From Thalassospira sp. (GTDB taxonomy: Bacteria > Pseudomonadota > Alphaproteobacteria > Rhodospirillales > Thalassospiraceae), in assembly GCF_030690045.1 (NCBI RefSeq), contig NZ_JAUYHK010000009.1:83718-147717 (forward strand): a stretch of 64,000 nucleotides of DNA, given 5' to 3'. This document shows, one piece after another, positions 32,198 to 41,924 of the stretch. Made by a program: the position numbers and the translations under genes. The notes under the pieces are model-generated. The model saw nothing but the letters and a program-made list of their open reading frames with translations, searched no databases and was not told where the DNA came from. Every line of letters begins with the position of its first letter. The first letter of the stretch is position 1.

Positions 32198-32351
32198 GCC
32201 ACTTCCTTGCGGTTCTTTGTCAGGGGATGAATGTCTGCCGTTATACGGCGACAAACACCCACCTGATCTATAAAGGGATTATGACGGAACAAGGGCGCGG
32301 ATAATCCGCGCCCCTGCCATACCGGATGAAAAGGTCGGACGATACGTCCGA

Positions 32352-32930
32352 TCAGAAAATATCTTCAAGCCAGCCCTTCTTTTTGCGTTCAATCGTCGGG
32401 GTTTCCCCTTCGGTGATCGAACCGCCCAGTGCCTGCTGGTCGCGGATGCGCTGCGCCTCGGCGGCCGGGTCAACCTGCGTGCCAAATTCCGGCTTTTCCT
32501 GCCAGAACAGCAAACTGTCGACCACGCTTTCGCTTTCCTTGATAAAGATCGAGGTTTCCCGATCAACCGTCGTGCGGATTGCCGGATCGGCAAATTGCGC
32601 CCCCGATTGCGACAACAGAACCACTTCGCCATTGCTGCGATTGGCTTCGTTAATGTCACGCACCACCGTATCGGATGACTGCCCGGTCAAAATGCGGCGT
32701 GCCTGATCAGTGGTGGTGCCGGTTTGCGGACGCGCAGCACCCGGATCGGGCACCCGCAGGGTAAAGTCCGGCGGCAGGCTTAACGGTGCGCGGGAAACAA
32801 CCTGAAACTCATCAGGCGATTGTTTGTTCAGACCAAACGTTTCGCGGGCCGACTCACAACCGGAAACCGCCAGCGCCAATCCGGTCAGTGCTGCGATCCT
32901 GATCAAGGGTATCCGATATTTCCGGGCCAT
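32352..32930 (-). CDS. Lipoprotein, DUF3035-like
   Basis: Lipobox LALAVSGC after MARKYRIPLIRIAALTG. Conserved position next to lspA in alphaproteobacteria, from memory. Confidence 0.7.
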   Translation of the reverse strand: MARKYRIPLIRIAALTGLALAVSGCESARETFGLNKQSPDEFQVVSRAPLSLPPDFTLRVPDPGAARPQTGTTTDQARRILTGQSSDTVVRDINEANRSNGEVVLLSQSGAQFADPAIRTTVDRETSIFIKESESVVDSLLFWQEKPEFGTQVDPAAEAQRIRDQQALGGSITEGETPTIERKKKGWLEDIF

Positions 32931-32986
32931 TTCTGCCTCATGCCATTCTGTCGTCAAAACCGGGGATGGTTTGACGTATAATTGTC

Positions 32987-33463
32987 TCAGGAAGATTTTT
33001 TACCGCCAAATACGGAATCGATCAACAATAACACCGCACCGATGGTAATTGCCGCATCAGCAAGGTTAAACACCGGCCAGTGATATCCATAGGCATGCAT
33101 GTCAATAAAGTCGGTCACCGCCCCATGACGCAGCCGGTCCACCAGATTGCCAACCGCCCCGCCAACCACCAGCGCCAGCGCAATGCCCAACACGCGGTCG
33201 CGGGTCCGCCACATCCAGATCAAAAAGCCAATGGTGATCGCGGCGGTCACCGCAATCATCACCCAGGGCGCATTATCCTGAAACAGACCAAACGAAACGC
33301 CGCTGTTCCAGGCTAGCAGAAAATTCAGGAACGGCGTCACCTCAATCAGGCGCGTCGGGTTTGACAGGCCGTCAATCGCCATCTGTTTGGTCCACTGATC
33401 AGCCAGAAAAACCAGCCCCAACAGCAAAAAGTTCCAGGCAAAGGCACGATATTTCATCGCCAT
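32987..33463 (-). CDS. lspA: Lipoprotein signal peptidase (signal peptidase II)
   Basis: FLNFLLAWNSGVSFG...GGAVGNLVDR...VTDFID...FNLAD. Confidence 0.9.
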   Translation of the reverse strand: MAMKYRAFAWNFLLLGLVFLADQWTKQMAIDGLSNPTRLIEVTPFLNFLLAWNSGVSFGLFQDNAPWVMIAVTAAITIGFLIWMWRTRDRVLGIALALVVGGAVGNLVDRLRHGAVTDFIDMHAYGYHWPVFNLADAAITIGAVLLLIDSVFGGKKSS

Positions 33464-33490
33464 TCTTTCAATCCCGCCACATTGCCCGCC

Positions 33491-36328
33491 CTATTGGGCC
33501 GCAATTCCCATTTCATCCACCGCATCGGCACAGCGCAAACAGACCGTCTGGTGTCTGGCATGTGTGCCAACTTCCGGCAAGGTCTGCCAGCACCGTTCGC
33601 ATTTCTGCCCGTCCGCCAATGCCGGCACCACACCGACCCCGGCCACATCATCCAGGGTATAAGCCCCGTCCGGTGCCACCCCTGCAATCAGTTCGACATC
33701 AGATGTAATGGCAATTTCGGCAAGATTAAGACCGGCAAGCGCATCAATATATTCCTGGGTCGCATAAACCTTCGGGGCGGCATCAAGGCTGGCCCCGATG
33801 CGTTTTTCCGCCCGTTCCAGTTCCAGCGCCCCGGTAACCACCCGGCGCAGCTTGCGGATTTTTTCCCATTTCGCGGCCAGTGCCTCGTCTTTCCACGCAT
33901 CCGATACCGGCAGGAACGTCTGGGCATGTACCGAACTGTCATTGCCATAACGCGACCGCCATGCTTCATCCGCGGTAAAGCACAATACCGGTGCCAGCCA
34001 GCGCACCAGACTGTCAAACACCCGGTCCATCACGGTCCGCGCCGCCCGGCGACGCAAACTGCCCGGCGCATCGCAATACAGCGCATCCTTACGGATATCG
34101 AGATAAAAGGCCGACATATCGAGCGCACAGAAATTATGCAGTTCGATAAACATGCTGTGGAAATCGAAATCCGCCGTGGTCTGACGCACCAGATCATCCA
34201 GCCCGCTCAGCCGGTGCAGAACCCAGCGTTCCAGTTCCGGCAACTGGTCATCGGCGATTTTTTCAGCATCCTCAAAACCGTCCAGATTGCCCAGCAAGAA
34301 CCGCAAGGTATTGCGCAAACGGCGATAAATGTCGGAATGGCGATCAATGATTTCATGGGAAATCCGCAAATCGTCATGATAATCCGAACTGACCACCCAC
34401 AACCGCAGGATATCCGCCCCCAATTTGTCGATGATATCATTGGGCGCAATCACATTGCCCAGTGATTTCGACATTTTGCGGCCCTGCCCGTCCAGAACAA
34501 AACCATGTGTCAGAACCGCGTCATAAGGTGCCCGGCCCCGCGTACCACAGGATTCCAGCAAGGATGAATGGAACCAGCCGCGATGCTGGTCCGATCCTTC
34601 AAGATACAAATCGGCCGGCCATTTCAGGTCCGGGCGTTCTTCCAGAACGAAACTGTGCGTCGATCCGGAATCAAACCAGACATCCAGAACATCGGTGACC
34701 TGTTCGTAATCCTCGGCACTGTAATTATTGCCCAGAAAATATTGCGGATCGCGGGTAAACCACGCATCGGCCCCTTCTTCGCAGAAGGCATCATAAACCC
34801 GGTCCAGCACCGCCTGATCGCGCAACGGTTCACGGGTTTTCTTATCGACAAACACCGTGATCGGCACCCCCCATGCCCGCTGGCGCGAAACGCACCAATC
34901 GGGCCGGTTGGCAATCATCGAATGCAGGCGGTTGCGCCCGGCTTCGGGCACGAAACGGGTATTGGCAATCGCCTCAAGGGCGGTTTCGCGCAGGCCGGTT
35001 TCGGTCATCGAAATGAACCATTGCGGCGTGGTGCGATAAATCACCGGGGCCTTGGACCGCCAGGAATGCGGATAGGAATGTTTCAGACGCCCGCGCGACA
35101 ACAGCGCGCCAACCTCGATCAGTTTGGCAATCACCGCTTCATTCGCCCCGGCTTCCTTGCCATTGGCGTCATAAATCGCTTCACCGGCAAATAACGGCAC
35201 ATGGGCATAATATTTGCCATCGCCATCCACCATTTCCGGCACTTCCAGACCATATTTCAACCCGGTCACATAGTCGTCCGGGCCGTGGGTCGGGGCGGTA
35301 TGGACAAAACCGGTCCCGGTTTCGGTGGTGACATAATCGGCCGCCAGCATCGGCACATCAAAATCATATCCCTGCCCGCGGAACGGATGGGCACAGATCG
35401 TACCGGCAAGATCACGACCGGCAAACGATGCCACAATTTCATGGCCGGTGATCCGCCCGTTTTTGCAGGTTTCCGCCACCAGATCGGCACACAGAACGAT
35501 TTTCTCGCCCACACTTGCCCATGCTTCGTCGGCGGTTTCGGTGACTTCGATCACCACATACTCGATATCATCGCCATAGGACACCGCCCGGTTGCCCGGA
35601 ATGGTCCAAGGCGTGGTGGTCCAGATCAGAACAGTGGCATCTTTCAACGCATCCAATGATGAACTGGCCACCGGAAACCGGACATAAATGGTTTTGCTGG
35701 TATGATCGTGATATTCGATTTCGGCCTCGGCCAGTGCGGTTTTTTCAACCACCGACCACATCACCGGTTTCGATCCGCGATACAGCGACCCGTTCATCAG
35801 GAACTTGCCAAGTTCGCGGGCAATCGCCGCCTCGGCCTTGTAATCCATGGTGACATAGGGATTGTCCCAATCGCCCATAACGCCCAGACGCTTGAATTCC
35901 TCGCGCTGGATATCGAGCCATTTCTGGGCGAATTCGCGGCATTCGCGGCGAAATTCGGCAACCGGCACTTCGTCCTTGTTCAGGCCCTTGGCGCGGTATT
36001 GTTCCTCGATCTTCCATTCAATCGGCAGGCCGTGGCAATCCCAACCCGGCACATAAACCGCGTTTTTGCCCAGCATCTGCTGCGACCGGGTGATCACATC
36101 TTTCAGGATTTTGTTCAGTGCATGGCCAATATGCAAATGCCCGTTGGCATAGGGCGGGCCATCATGCAGCACGAACTTTTCACGATCCGCCGAAATACCG
36201 CGAATTTTGCCATAAAGGTCTTCTGCCTGCCATTGCGCCAGCAGGCCGGGTTCCATCTTTGGCAAACCCGCCCGCATCGGGAAATCGGTCTGGGGCAGGA
36301 TAACGGTCTTTTTGTATTCGACACTCAT
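33491..36328 (-). CDS. ileS: Isoleucine--tRNA ligase
   Basis: HDGPPYANGHLHIGHALNK (HIGH motif), KMSKSLGN (KMSKS motif), and a C-terminal Zn-finger CERCW...CLRC. Confidence 0.97.
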   Translation of the reverse strand: MSVEYKKTVILPQTDFPMRAGLPKMEPGLLAQWQAEDLYGKIRGISADREKFVLHDGPPYANGHLHIGHALNKILKDVITRSQQMLGKNAVYVPGWDCHGLPIEWKIEEQYRAKGLNKDEVPVAEFRRECREFAQKWLDIQREEFKRLGVMGDWDNPYVTMDYKAEAAIARELGKFLMNGSLYRGSKPVMWSVVEKTALAEAEIEYHDHTSKTIYVRFPVASSSLDALKDATVLIWTTTPWTIPGNRAVSYGDDIEYVVIEVTETADEAWASVGEKIVLCADLVAETCKNGRITGHEIVASFAGRDLAGTICAHPFRGQGYDFDVPMLAADYVTTETGTGFVHTAPTHGPDDYVTGLKYGLEVPEMVDGDGKYYAHVPLFAGEAIYDANGKEAGANEAVIAKLIEVGALLSRGRLKHSYPHSWRSKAPVIYRTTPQWFISMTETGLRETALEAIANTRFVPEAGRNRLHSMIANRPDWCVSRQRAWGVPITVFVDKKTREPLRDQAVLDRVYDAFCEEGADAWFTRDPQYFLGNNYSAEDYEQVTDVLDVWFDSGSTHSFVLEERPDLKWPADLYLEGSDQHRGWFHSSLLESCGTRGRAPYDAVLTHGFVLDGQGRKMSKSLGNVIAPNDIIDKLGADILRLWVVSSDYHDDLRISHEIIDRHSDIYRRLRNTLRFLLGNLDGFEDAEKIADDQLPELERWVLHRLSGLDDLVRQTTADFDFHSMFIELHNFCALDMSAFYLDIRKDALYCDAPGSLRRRAARTVMDRVFDSLVRWLAPVLCFTADEAWRSRYGNDSSVHAQTFLPVSDAWKDEALAAKWEKIRKLRRVVTGALELERAEKRIGASLDAAPKVYATQEYIDALAGLNLAEIAITSDVELIAGVAPDGAYTLDDVAGVGVVPALADGQKCERCWQTLPEVGTHARHQTVCLRCADAVDEMGIAAQ

Positions 36329-36445
36329 CGTGACGGTCCTGTCGTCTTTATATTAACTATCGGGGCAATCCCCATGATCACGGCCCCATAATCGCGGCCT
36401 TGTCCCGAAACGGGCGGGCGGATCATAACGGGTTCGCGGCTAATT

Positions 36446-37402
36446 TCAAATATTGCCAAGAATTTCTTTGGCCGCGACCGCATCCCTTGCGATCTGGGCC
36501 TTTAACGCCTCAAGGCCGTTGAACTTCTGCTCGGCCCGGATAAAACCATGCAAACGTACCCGCACGATACGGCCATAGATATCCTGATCAAAATCAAACA
36601 AATGCACTTCCAGTCCGGCATCCTGATCGCCGCCAAAGCTGGGCCGGATACCGATATTGGCGACTCCGTCGATCCAGCGATCCACCTTGCCGTCATCCCC
36701 GTCCGCCACCAGCCCCAACTGCACGGCATAAACCCCGAATTTCGGGCGCAAATGCAGGCCCAGCGGAATATTGGCCGTCGGAAAACCAATGGTGCGGCCC
36801 CGCTGATCCCCTGTGATCACCGGCCCGGCAATTTCCCACGGACGGCCCAATAAATGGGCGGCATCCTGCGGGCGGCCGTCGCGCAGGGCCTGCCGGATCG
36901 CGGTCGAGGAATACACAACCCCGTTATCATGGGTCACGGCCTGCACCGCCGTCACGCCAAAGCCGGATTTCGCCCCGATGGTCGATAACAGATCGACATT
37001 GCCCGCCCGGCCCTTGCCAAAACAGAAATCCCAACCCACCACAACATGGCGTGCGCCAAGACCCTCAACCAGAATCCGGGCGATGAATTCTTCGGCACTC
37101 ATCGCGGCAAAATCGCGGTTGAATTCCGCCTCGAAAAACAGATCGATTTCAAGATCAGCCGCCGCCATCATCCGGTCATCGCCTGATGTCAGGCGAAAGG
37201 GCGGCTCACCGGCCCGAAACATCATGCGGGGATGGGGTTCAAATGTCAGTATCGCCAACGGGGCCGACAGGTCACGCGCAATCTGGCGGGCACAATCAAG
37301 CACCTTTTGATGCCCCAGATGCAGCCCGTCAAAATTGCCAATTGCCACCACCGCGCCACGCGCGTCATCGGGCAAACTGTCCAAAGATCGAAAAACGCGC
37401 AT
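36446..37402 (-). CDS. ribF: Bifunctional riboflavin kinase / FMN adenylyltransferase
   Basis: VVAIGNFDGLHLGHQKV...GRTIGFPTANI...LEVHLFDF. Confidence 0.95.
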   Translation of the reverse strand: MRVFRSLDSLPDDARGAVVAIGNFDGLHLGHQKVLDCARQIARDLSAPLAILTFEPHPRMMFRAGEPPFRLTSGDDRMMAAADLEIDLFFEAEFNRDFAAMSAEEFIARILVEGLGARHVVVGWDFCFGKGRAGNVDLLSTIGAKSGFGVTAVQAVTHDNGVVYSSTAIRQALRDGRPQDAAHLLGRPWEIAGPVITGDQRGRTIGFPTANIPLGLHLRPKFGVYAVQLGLVADGDDGKVDRWIDGVANIGIRPSFGGDQDAGLEVHLFDFDQDIYGRIVRVRLHGFIRAEQKFNGLEALKAQIARDAVAAKEILGNI

Positions 37403-37540
37403 TCGCGCCGGTCTTCCTTGTTGTCAGGTGGCCCCGCCCGGCATGTTCCGGGCAACTCCGTGCAGGCAGCTATAAATCCCGCAAGCCCGAAGCGCAAAGC
37501 CTTTTGCGGTGAAATCACAATCTTGGGCGAATTTATCCCG

Positions 37541-38365
37541 TCAAAAAGATGACGCAACCGGTTCGCCCAGATGTTTTTCCAGACACCGGATGATCTCGGC
37601 GGGGTGGGTCATATGGGGCATATGGCCGATGCTGTTGATCCATTCCATCTGGCAATCGGGAATATGGGTGCGCAGATATTCCCCGACCGCAACCGGCACC
37701 GCCGGGTCCTGTTCGGGTTGAATGGCAACCACCGGCACGCTAATGGCCGGCAAAATCGCCCGAACATCGGCCAAAAAGATGAAACTGGCGGTTTGCAGGG
37801 CAATATCGGGCCGCATATCGCGCAGGCCACGGGTAAATTCATCCACCGCATCGGGAAAATCGCCGCCGACAATACCCGGTGCAAATCCCGCCGCCCATTC
37901 ATGATAATTTGCCGCCATCGCCGCAAACAAACCATCCAGATCGGCCTGTTCAAACCCGCCGTGATAATCATAGGAATTCAGATAACAGGGTGACGCCGAA
38001 ATCATGATCACCCGGTCAAACAGGCCGGGCCGTCGCAAGGACGCCAGCAAGGCAACCATGCCGCTCACCGAATGGGTGATAATCGTGCATCGCCCGATAT
38101 TCTGTTCATCCAGCAGGGCAATCAGATCATCGGCATAGGCGTCGATACCGGTGTGGCGCAACGGGTCGAAACTGGCAACGCCACCCCGGCCTGCCCCGGC
38201 AAGGTCATAAACCGCGACATTATACCGTGCCAGAAGCCAAGGCAAAATCCGGTGCCATGCCTGGTGATCGGTGCCAAACCCGTGCGCCAGCACCACCAAT
38301 GGCGCATCGGGATTTTGGGCGGTATTTTCGATAATCCGCCAATTGTGGCGTTGACTTGAATTCAA
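37541..38365 (-). CDS. Alpha/beta hydrolase of the RsbQ / KAI2-D14 type
   Basis: HGFGTDHQAW, THSVSGMVALLASLRRPGLFDRVIMISASPCYLN, YHGGFEQADL and GHMPHMTHP align block for block with B. subtilis RsbQ as I remember it. Confidence 0.8.
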   Translation of the reverse strand: MNSSQRHNWRIIENTAQNPDAPLVVLAHGFGTDHQAWHRILPWLLARYNVAVYDLAGAGRGGVASFDPLRHTGIDAYADDLIALLDEQNIGRCTIITHSVSGMVALLASLRRPGLFDRVIMISASPCYLNSYDYHGGFEQADLDGLFAAMAANYHEWAAGFAPGIVGGDFPDAVDEFTRGLRDMRPDIALQTASFIFLADVRAILPAISVPVVAIQPEQDPAVPVAVGEYLRTHIPDCQMEWINSIGHMPHMTHPAEIIRCLEKHLGEPVASSF

Positions 38366-38455
38366 TTCGCCATCCCCGGAACAAGGACAAGATCACTCTC
38401 ATCCTTCTATCACAGGCGGCATCATTCCGAACATGAGAAACCCGTCAAATGCCCC

Positions 38456-38893
38456 TTACCCGCGCGACGGCACCATCACCACCGCCTCGCCCGTAATCAC
38501 GCACCGATCCCCGACATAACAATTGGTTTCCAGAACAATCCGCTTTTTCGCCGCCATAATCTCAAGCACCGTCACACGCGCAGTTACCGTATCGCCAATC
38601 CGCACCGGGGCCTTGAATTGCAGGTTCTGCGACAGGTAAATCGTCCCCGGCCCCGGCAACCGCGTGCCCAGAACGGTTGAAATAAACCCCGCCGACAGCA
38701 TGCCGTGCGCAATGCGGCCTTCAAACATCGTGGTTTTGGCAAATTCGTCATTCAGATGCACCGGGTTGGTATCCCCCGACAGACCGGCAAACAGGACAAT
38801 ATCGGTTTCGGTCACGGTTTTGGCATAACTGCCCGTCATGCCGGTTTTCAGATCTTCAAGATAAAACCCGGTCAACCCGTCAAGCTGCGTCAT
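38456..38893 (-). CDS. MaoC-like (R)-specific enoyl-CoA hydratase (hot-dog fold)
   Basis: FAGLSGDTNPVHLNDEFAKTTMFEGRIAHGML. Confidence 0.85.
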   Translation of the reverse strand: MTQLDGLTGFYLEDLKTGMTGSYAKTVTETDIVLFAGLSGDTNPVHLNDEFAKTTMFEGRIAHGMLSAGFISTVLGTRLPGPGTIYLSQNLQFKAPVRIGDTVTARVTVLEIMAAKKRIVLETNCYVGDRCVITGEAVVMVPSRG

Positions 38894-38996
38894 CTGCTGT
38901 TGTCCTGTCTGGTTTTGTGCATCGCACTATTGCACAGCAGTATTCCCGCCCGACCGTCCTGTGGCAATCGGTAATTCGTTGCATACCGCCGGGCTG

Positions 38997-39788
38997 TCAG
39001 GATCGGCGGAACGGCAACAACAATGTTCCCCACAAGGATTGACTGCCCTCATCGCGGAACTGATCCAGCCCGATCGGCATGTCATGATCATTGATCCGGG
39101 TTTTGGGCCGGTAACTGGCAAATACCCGGTCCCAGACCGACAGGATATTGCCGTAATTGCTGTTGGTTTCGACCGTTTCAATGGAATGATGAACCCGGTG
39201 CATGTCGGGTGTGACAAACAAAACCCGCACCACCCGGTCCAGTCGGGTCGGCAAATGCACATTGCCATGATTAAACAGGGCAAAGCCGCTTAACAGCGTT
39301 TCATACACCACAACCACCCACGGATCGGCCCCCAACATCACCACAATTGCCGATTTGTAAATGGCCGACGCCATGATTTCGAACGGATGAAACCGCACGG
39401 CGGTCGAAACATCAAACGCCAGATCGCAATGATGCACCCGGTGAAACCGCCAGAATAACGGCACGATATGGGTCAGGCGATGCTGCCAGTAAACCGCGGC
39501 ATCCAGCACCGCAATGCTGATCAGGGCCGCAATCCAGCCGGGAAATGCCACCAGATGAAACAGACCCCAGCCATTGCCTTGCGCCCATTGTGCGCCAAGG
39601 ATCATGGCCGCACCGACGGTAAAACGGCCCAAAACCGCACTTCCGGCCATCAGGCCAAAATTGGTCAGCCAACGCACAGATCGCCTGCTTTGCCCCGCAT
39701 CGCGATAGGGGGCGGCATATTCCCACCCCGCCATGATCAGTAGCAGCGCGGCAAAAACCGCGAACCGGAACAATTCCATATCGATCAT
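38997..39788 (-). CDS. Fatty acid hydroxylase / sterol desaturase family membrane protein
   Basis: Histidine boxes HRLTH, HRVHHCD and HRVHHS, with 4 TM segments. Confidence 0.8.
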   Translation of the reverse strand: MIDMELFRFAVFAALLLIMAGWEYAAPYRDAGQSRRSVRWLTNFGLMAGSAVLGRFTVGAAMILGAQWAQGNGWGLFHLVAFPGWIAALISIAVLDAAVYWQHRLTHIVPLFWRFHRVHHCDLAFDVSTAVRFHPFEIMASAIYKSAIVVMLGADPWVVVVYETLLSGFALFNHGNVHLPTRLDRVVRVLFVTPDMHRVHHSIETVETNSNYGNILSVWDRVFASYRPKTRINDHDMPIGLDQFRDEGSQSLWGTLLLPFRRS

Positions 39789-39930
39789 AATTTTGTTATC
39801 TGCCTGCCAAAATCATTAAAAGCCTGCTATCTGAATGCCATATAGACGCATAACCGTCACAAACCGGCCAGTTCCGTCTATCGATACATATCGCGCCTGT
39901 ATAAGACCGCAAAGCCACAAGGAGCCCCCA

Positions 39931-40968
39931 ATGGGTCACAAAATGGTGTTATCCGCCCTGTATGCCACGACATTGCTGGTCGTGCTGGTACAGGTGACAC
40001 CGGCCCGCGCCGATGGCCCGCCCTTTGACCTGCCGGTCGAATGCCCGACCGGACAATGCGATGTCGTCCATTATGTCGATCACGACACTGGCCCCGGTGC
40101 GCGGGATTTCGCCTGCGGCACCAGCACCTATAACGATCATCGCGGTACTGATTTCGCCATCGCCGACGAAGCCGCCATGATCGAAGGCATCGCGGTTCAG
40201 ACGATTGCCGCCGGCACCATCGCCGCCACCCGTGATGGCGTCGAGGATATCGACGCCGGGCGCATTCCCCCCGACACCCTGGACGGGATCGAATGCGGCA
40301 ATGGCATTCTGGTTGATCACGGTGATGGCTGGCAAAGTCAATATTGCCATCTGCGCCGCGGGTCGGTTGCCGTGCGCAAGGGCGATGAGGTGGAACGCGG
40401 GCAAATGATCGGCCTGATCGGCATGTCGGGCAAGGCGACTTTTCCACATTTGCATTTCAATTTACGCCACGATGGCGTGCTGATTGATCCGTTCAGCGGC
40501 ACCAATATGGGGAATGCTGACCCGGCGCAATGCAACACCGATCAAACCGCCCTGTGGACACCCGACGCCGCAGAACAAATGACCTATCGCCCGATCACGC
40601 TGTATAAAACCGGCTTTTCCAGTGCGCGGCCCAATGCCACCGACATCAAACGCGGCTATGGCCGCCGCAACATCTTGCCGGTCACAAGCCCGGAACTGTA
40701 TTTTTGGGGATATCTGATCGGGGCGCAAAATGGCGATCTGATCCGCCTTGATATCGAAGGCCCGAATGGGTTTGACGGCGGTCGCGAATTTGTCGTCGAA
40801 CTGCCCGCCACGGGCGGCCTGCATGCCAAGATGTATCATATTACCGCCCCGCGTCCCGATGCAGGATGGACACCGGGCACCTATCAGGGGCGCATCCTGT
40901 TTTCACGCAAAGGCAGCCCGCATGTTGAAATCGGAGTCGCCGATCTGGTAATTGGCGACGGTTCCTGA
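39931..40968 (+). CDS. M23-family metallopeptidase
   Basis: HRGTDFAI and GMSGKATFPHLHFNLRHDG. ATG 39931 follows AAGGAG and gives a signal peptide. The ORF extends upstream to 39835. Confidence 0.85.
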   Translation: MGHKMVLSALYATTLLVVLVQVTPARADGPPFDLPVECPTGQCDVVHYVDHDTGPGARDFACGTSTYNDHRGTDFAIADEAAMIEGIAVQTIAAGTIAATRDGVEDIDAGRIPPDTLDGIECGNGILVDHGDGWQSQYCHLRRGSVAVRKGDEVERGQMIGLIGMSGKATFPHLHFNLRHDGVLIDPFSGTNMGNADPAQCNTDQTALWTPDAAEQMTYRPITLYKTGFSSARPNATDIKRGYGRRNILPVTSPELYFWGYLIGAQNGDLIRLDIEGPNGFDGGREFVVELPATGGLHAKMYHITAPRPDAGWTPGTYQGRILFSRKGSPHVEIGVADLVIGDGS

Positions 40969-41244
40969 ACGGATGTTTTGGCGATAGAATCGCCTGTTCC
41001 TGACCCTCAAAAACACCTCAATCACCGAAGAATAACGATGGATTCGGGGACAAAGCGTCGTGGAATGGCACAAAATACCTTTTTCAAATCCCGAAAAACC
41101 GCCAAAAAATCTGATCTGTTCCATTTAGTTGAAGGTTTTTTGACGTTTTTACGCGCACAGCCCTTGTAAGGAACGTGATCCCCTGCCTATATTCATTTTG
41201 TGCGCCACAGGGGGCACATACACCTGTCATCAAGACGGAGTACC

Positions 41245-41367
41245 ATGATGAACAAACGCAAAGCCGTTGCTATCGCCATCGCCCGCGACGAAATGATCGC
41301 CCGTTCGATGACTGTTTTGTTCGCCGGCACGGTTCTGGCTTTGATTGCATCGATGCTTCTCGCCTAG
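41245..41367 (+). CDS. Candidate small membrane protein (40 aa), not in the ORF track
   Basis: MMNKRKAVAIAIARDEMIARSMTVLFAGTVLALIASMLLA: GGAG lies 5 nt upstream of the ATG, and there is a single C-terminal TM helix. Unverified. Confidence 0.3.
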   Translation: MMNKRKAVAIAIARDEMIARSMTVLFAGTVLALIASMLLA

Positions 41368-41564
41368 GCATTGGTCCTCATTGCGGGTTCTGATTTCCGC
41401 ATTTTTCGTCTGACAGGAAGGCGGCATTTGCCGCACCGAAAATTATTATCATGACTCCACACCGCTTTTTCACGGTCACCATTACGCGAATTATCCGCCC
41501 GGTTGTCTGAGGACACCGGGACGTCATCATTTGCATTTTGGCCTTGAATTATGTGTGGATCACC

Positions 41565-41891
41565 ATGTCACAACATGCCCTTGCGGTGCAGGATCATCCT
41601 GCCCACCCCCTGACATCCGTATATTGTTTTGCCGTTCATGCGGCTGCCGAACCGGGCGTGATGCCCCGGGTTCTGGAACTGTTTGCCAAGCGCAATCTGG
41701 TTCCGGTCAGTTGGCATTCCACCGTGGCGCGTGGCCGGGGTGGCGATGCCGAACTGCAAATCGACATTCAGGTGCAACATCTCGAATCCCCGGTTGCCGA
41801 TCATATCGCCCGCTGCCTGCGGCAGATCGTCCATGTCAATACGGTCCTGACTTCGGAAAAGGGCTATTCAAACGCGGTGTTTGAGGCTTAG
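41565..41891 (+). CDS. Hypothetical protein, possibly ACT-like fold
   Basis: The ORF begins at a TTG (41538); the first ATG is at 41565. VYCFAVHAAAEPGVMPRVLELFAKRNLVP resembles the beta-alpha start of ACT domains. Weak. Confidence 0.5.
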   Translation: MSQHALAVQDHPAHPLTSVYCFAVHAAAEPGVMPRVLELFAKRNLVPVSWHSTVARGRGGDAELQIDIQVQHLESPVADHIARCLRQIVHVNTVLTSEKGYSNAVFEA

Positions 41892-41924
41892 GTTTGGCGC
41901 AAAGCACAAACCGGGACACTGACA

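Noticed and set aside
40978-41169. 63-aa basic ORF, and the antisense 73-aa ORF at 40903-41124, in the long gap after the M23 peptidase gene.
   Set aside because: Non-ATG start, no RBS, atypical composition, and mutually overlapping. There is no support beyond being open.
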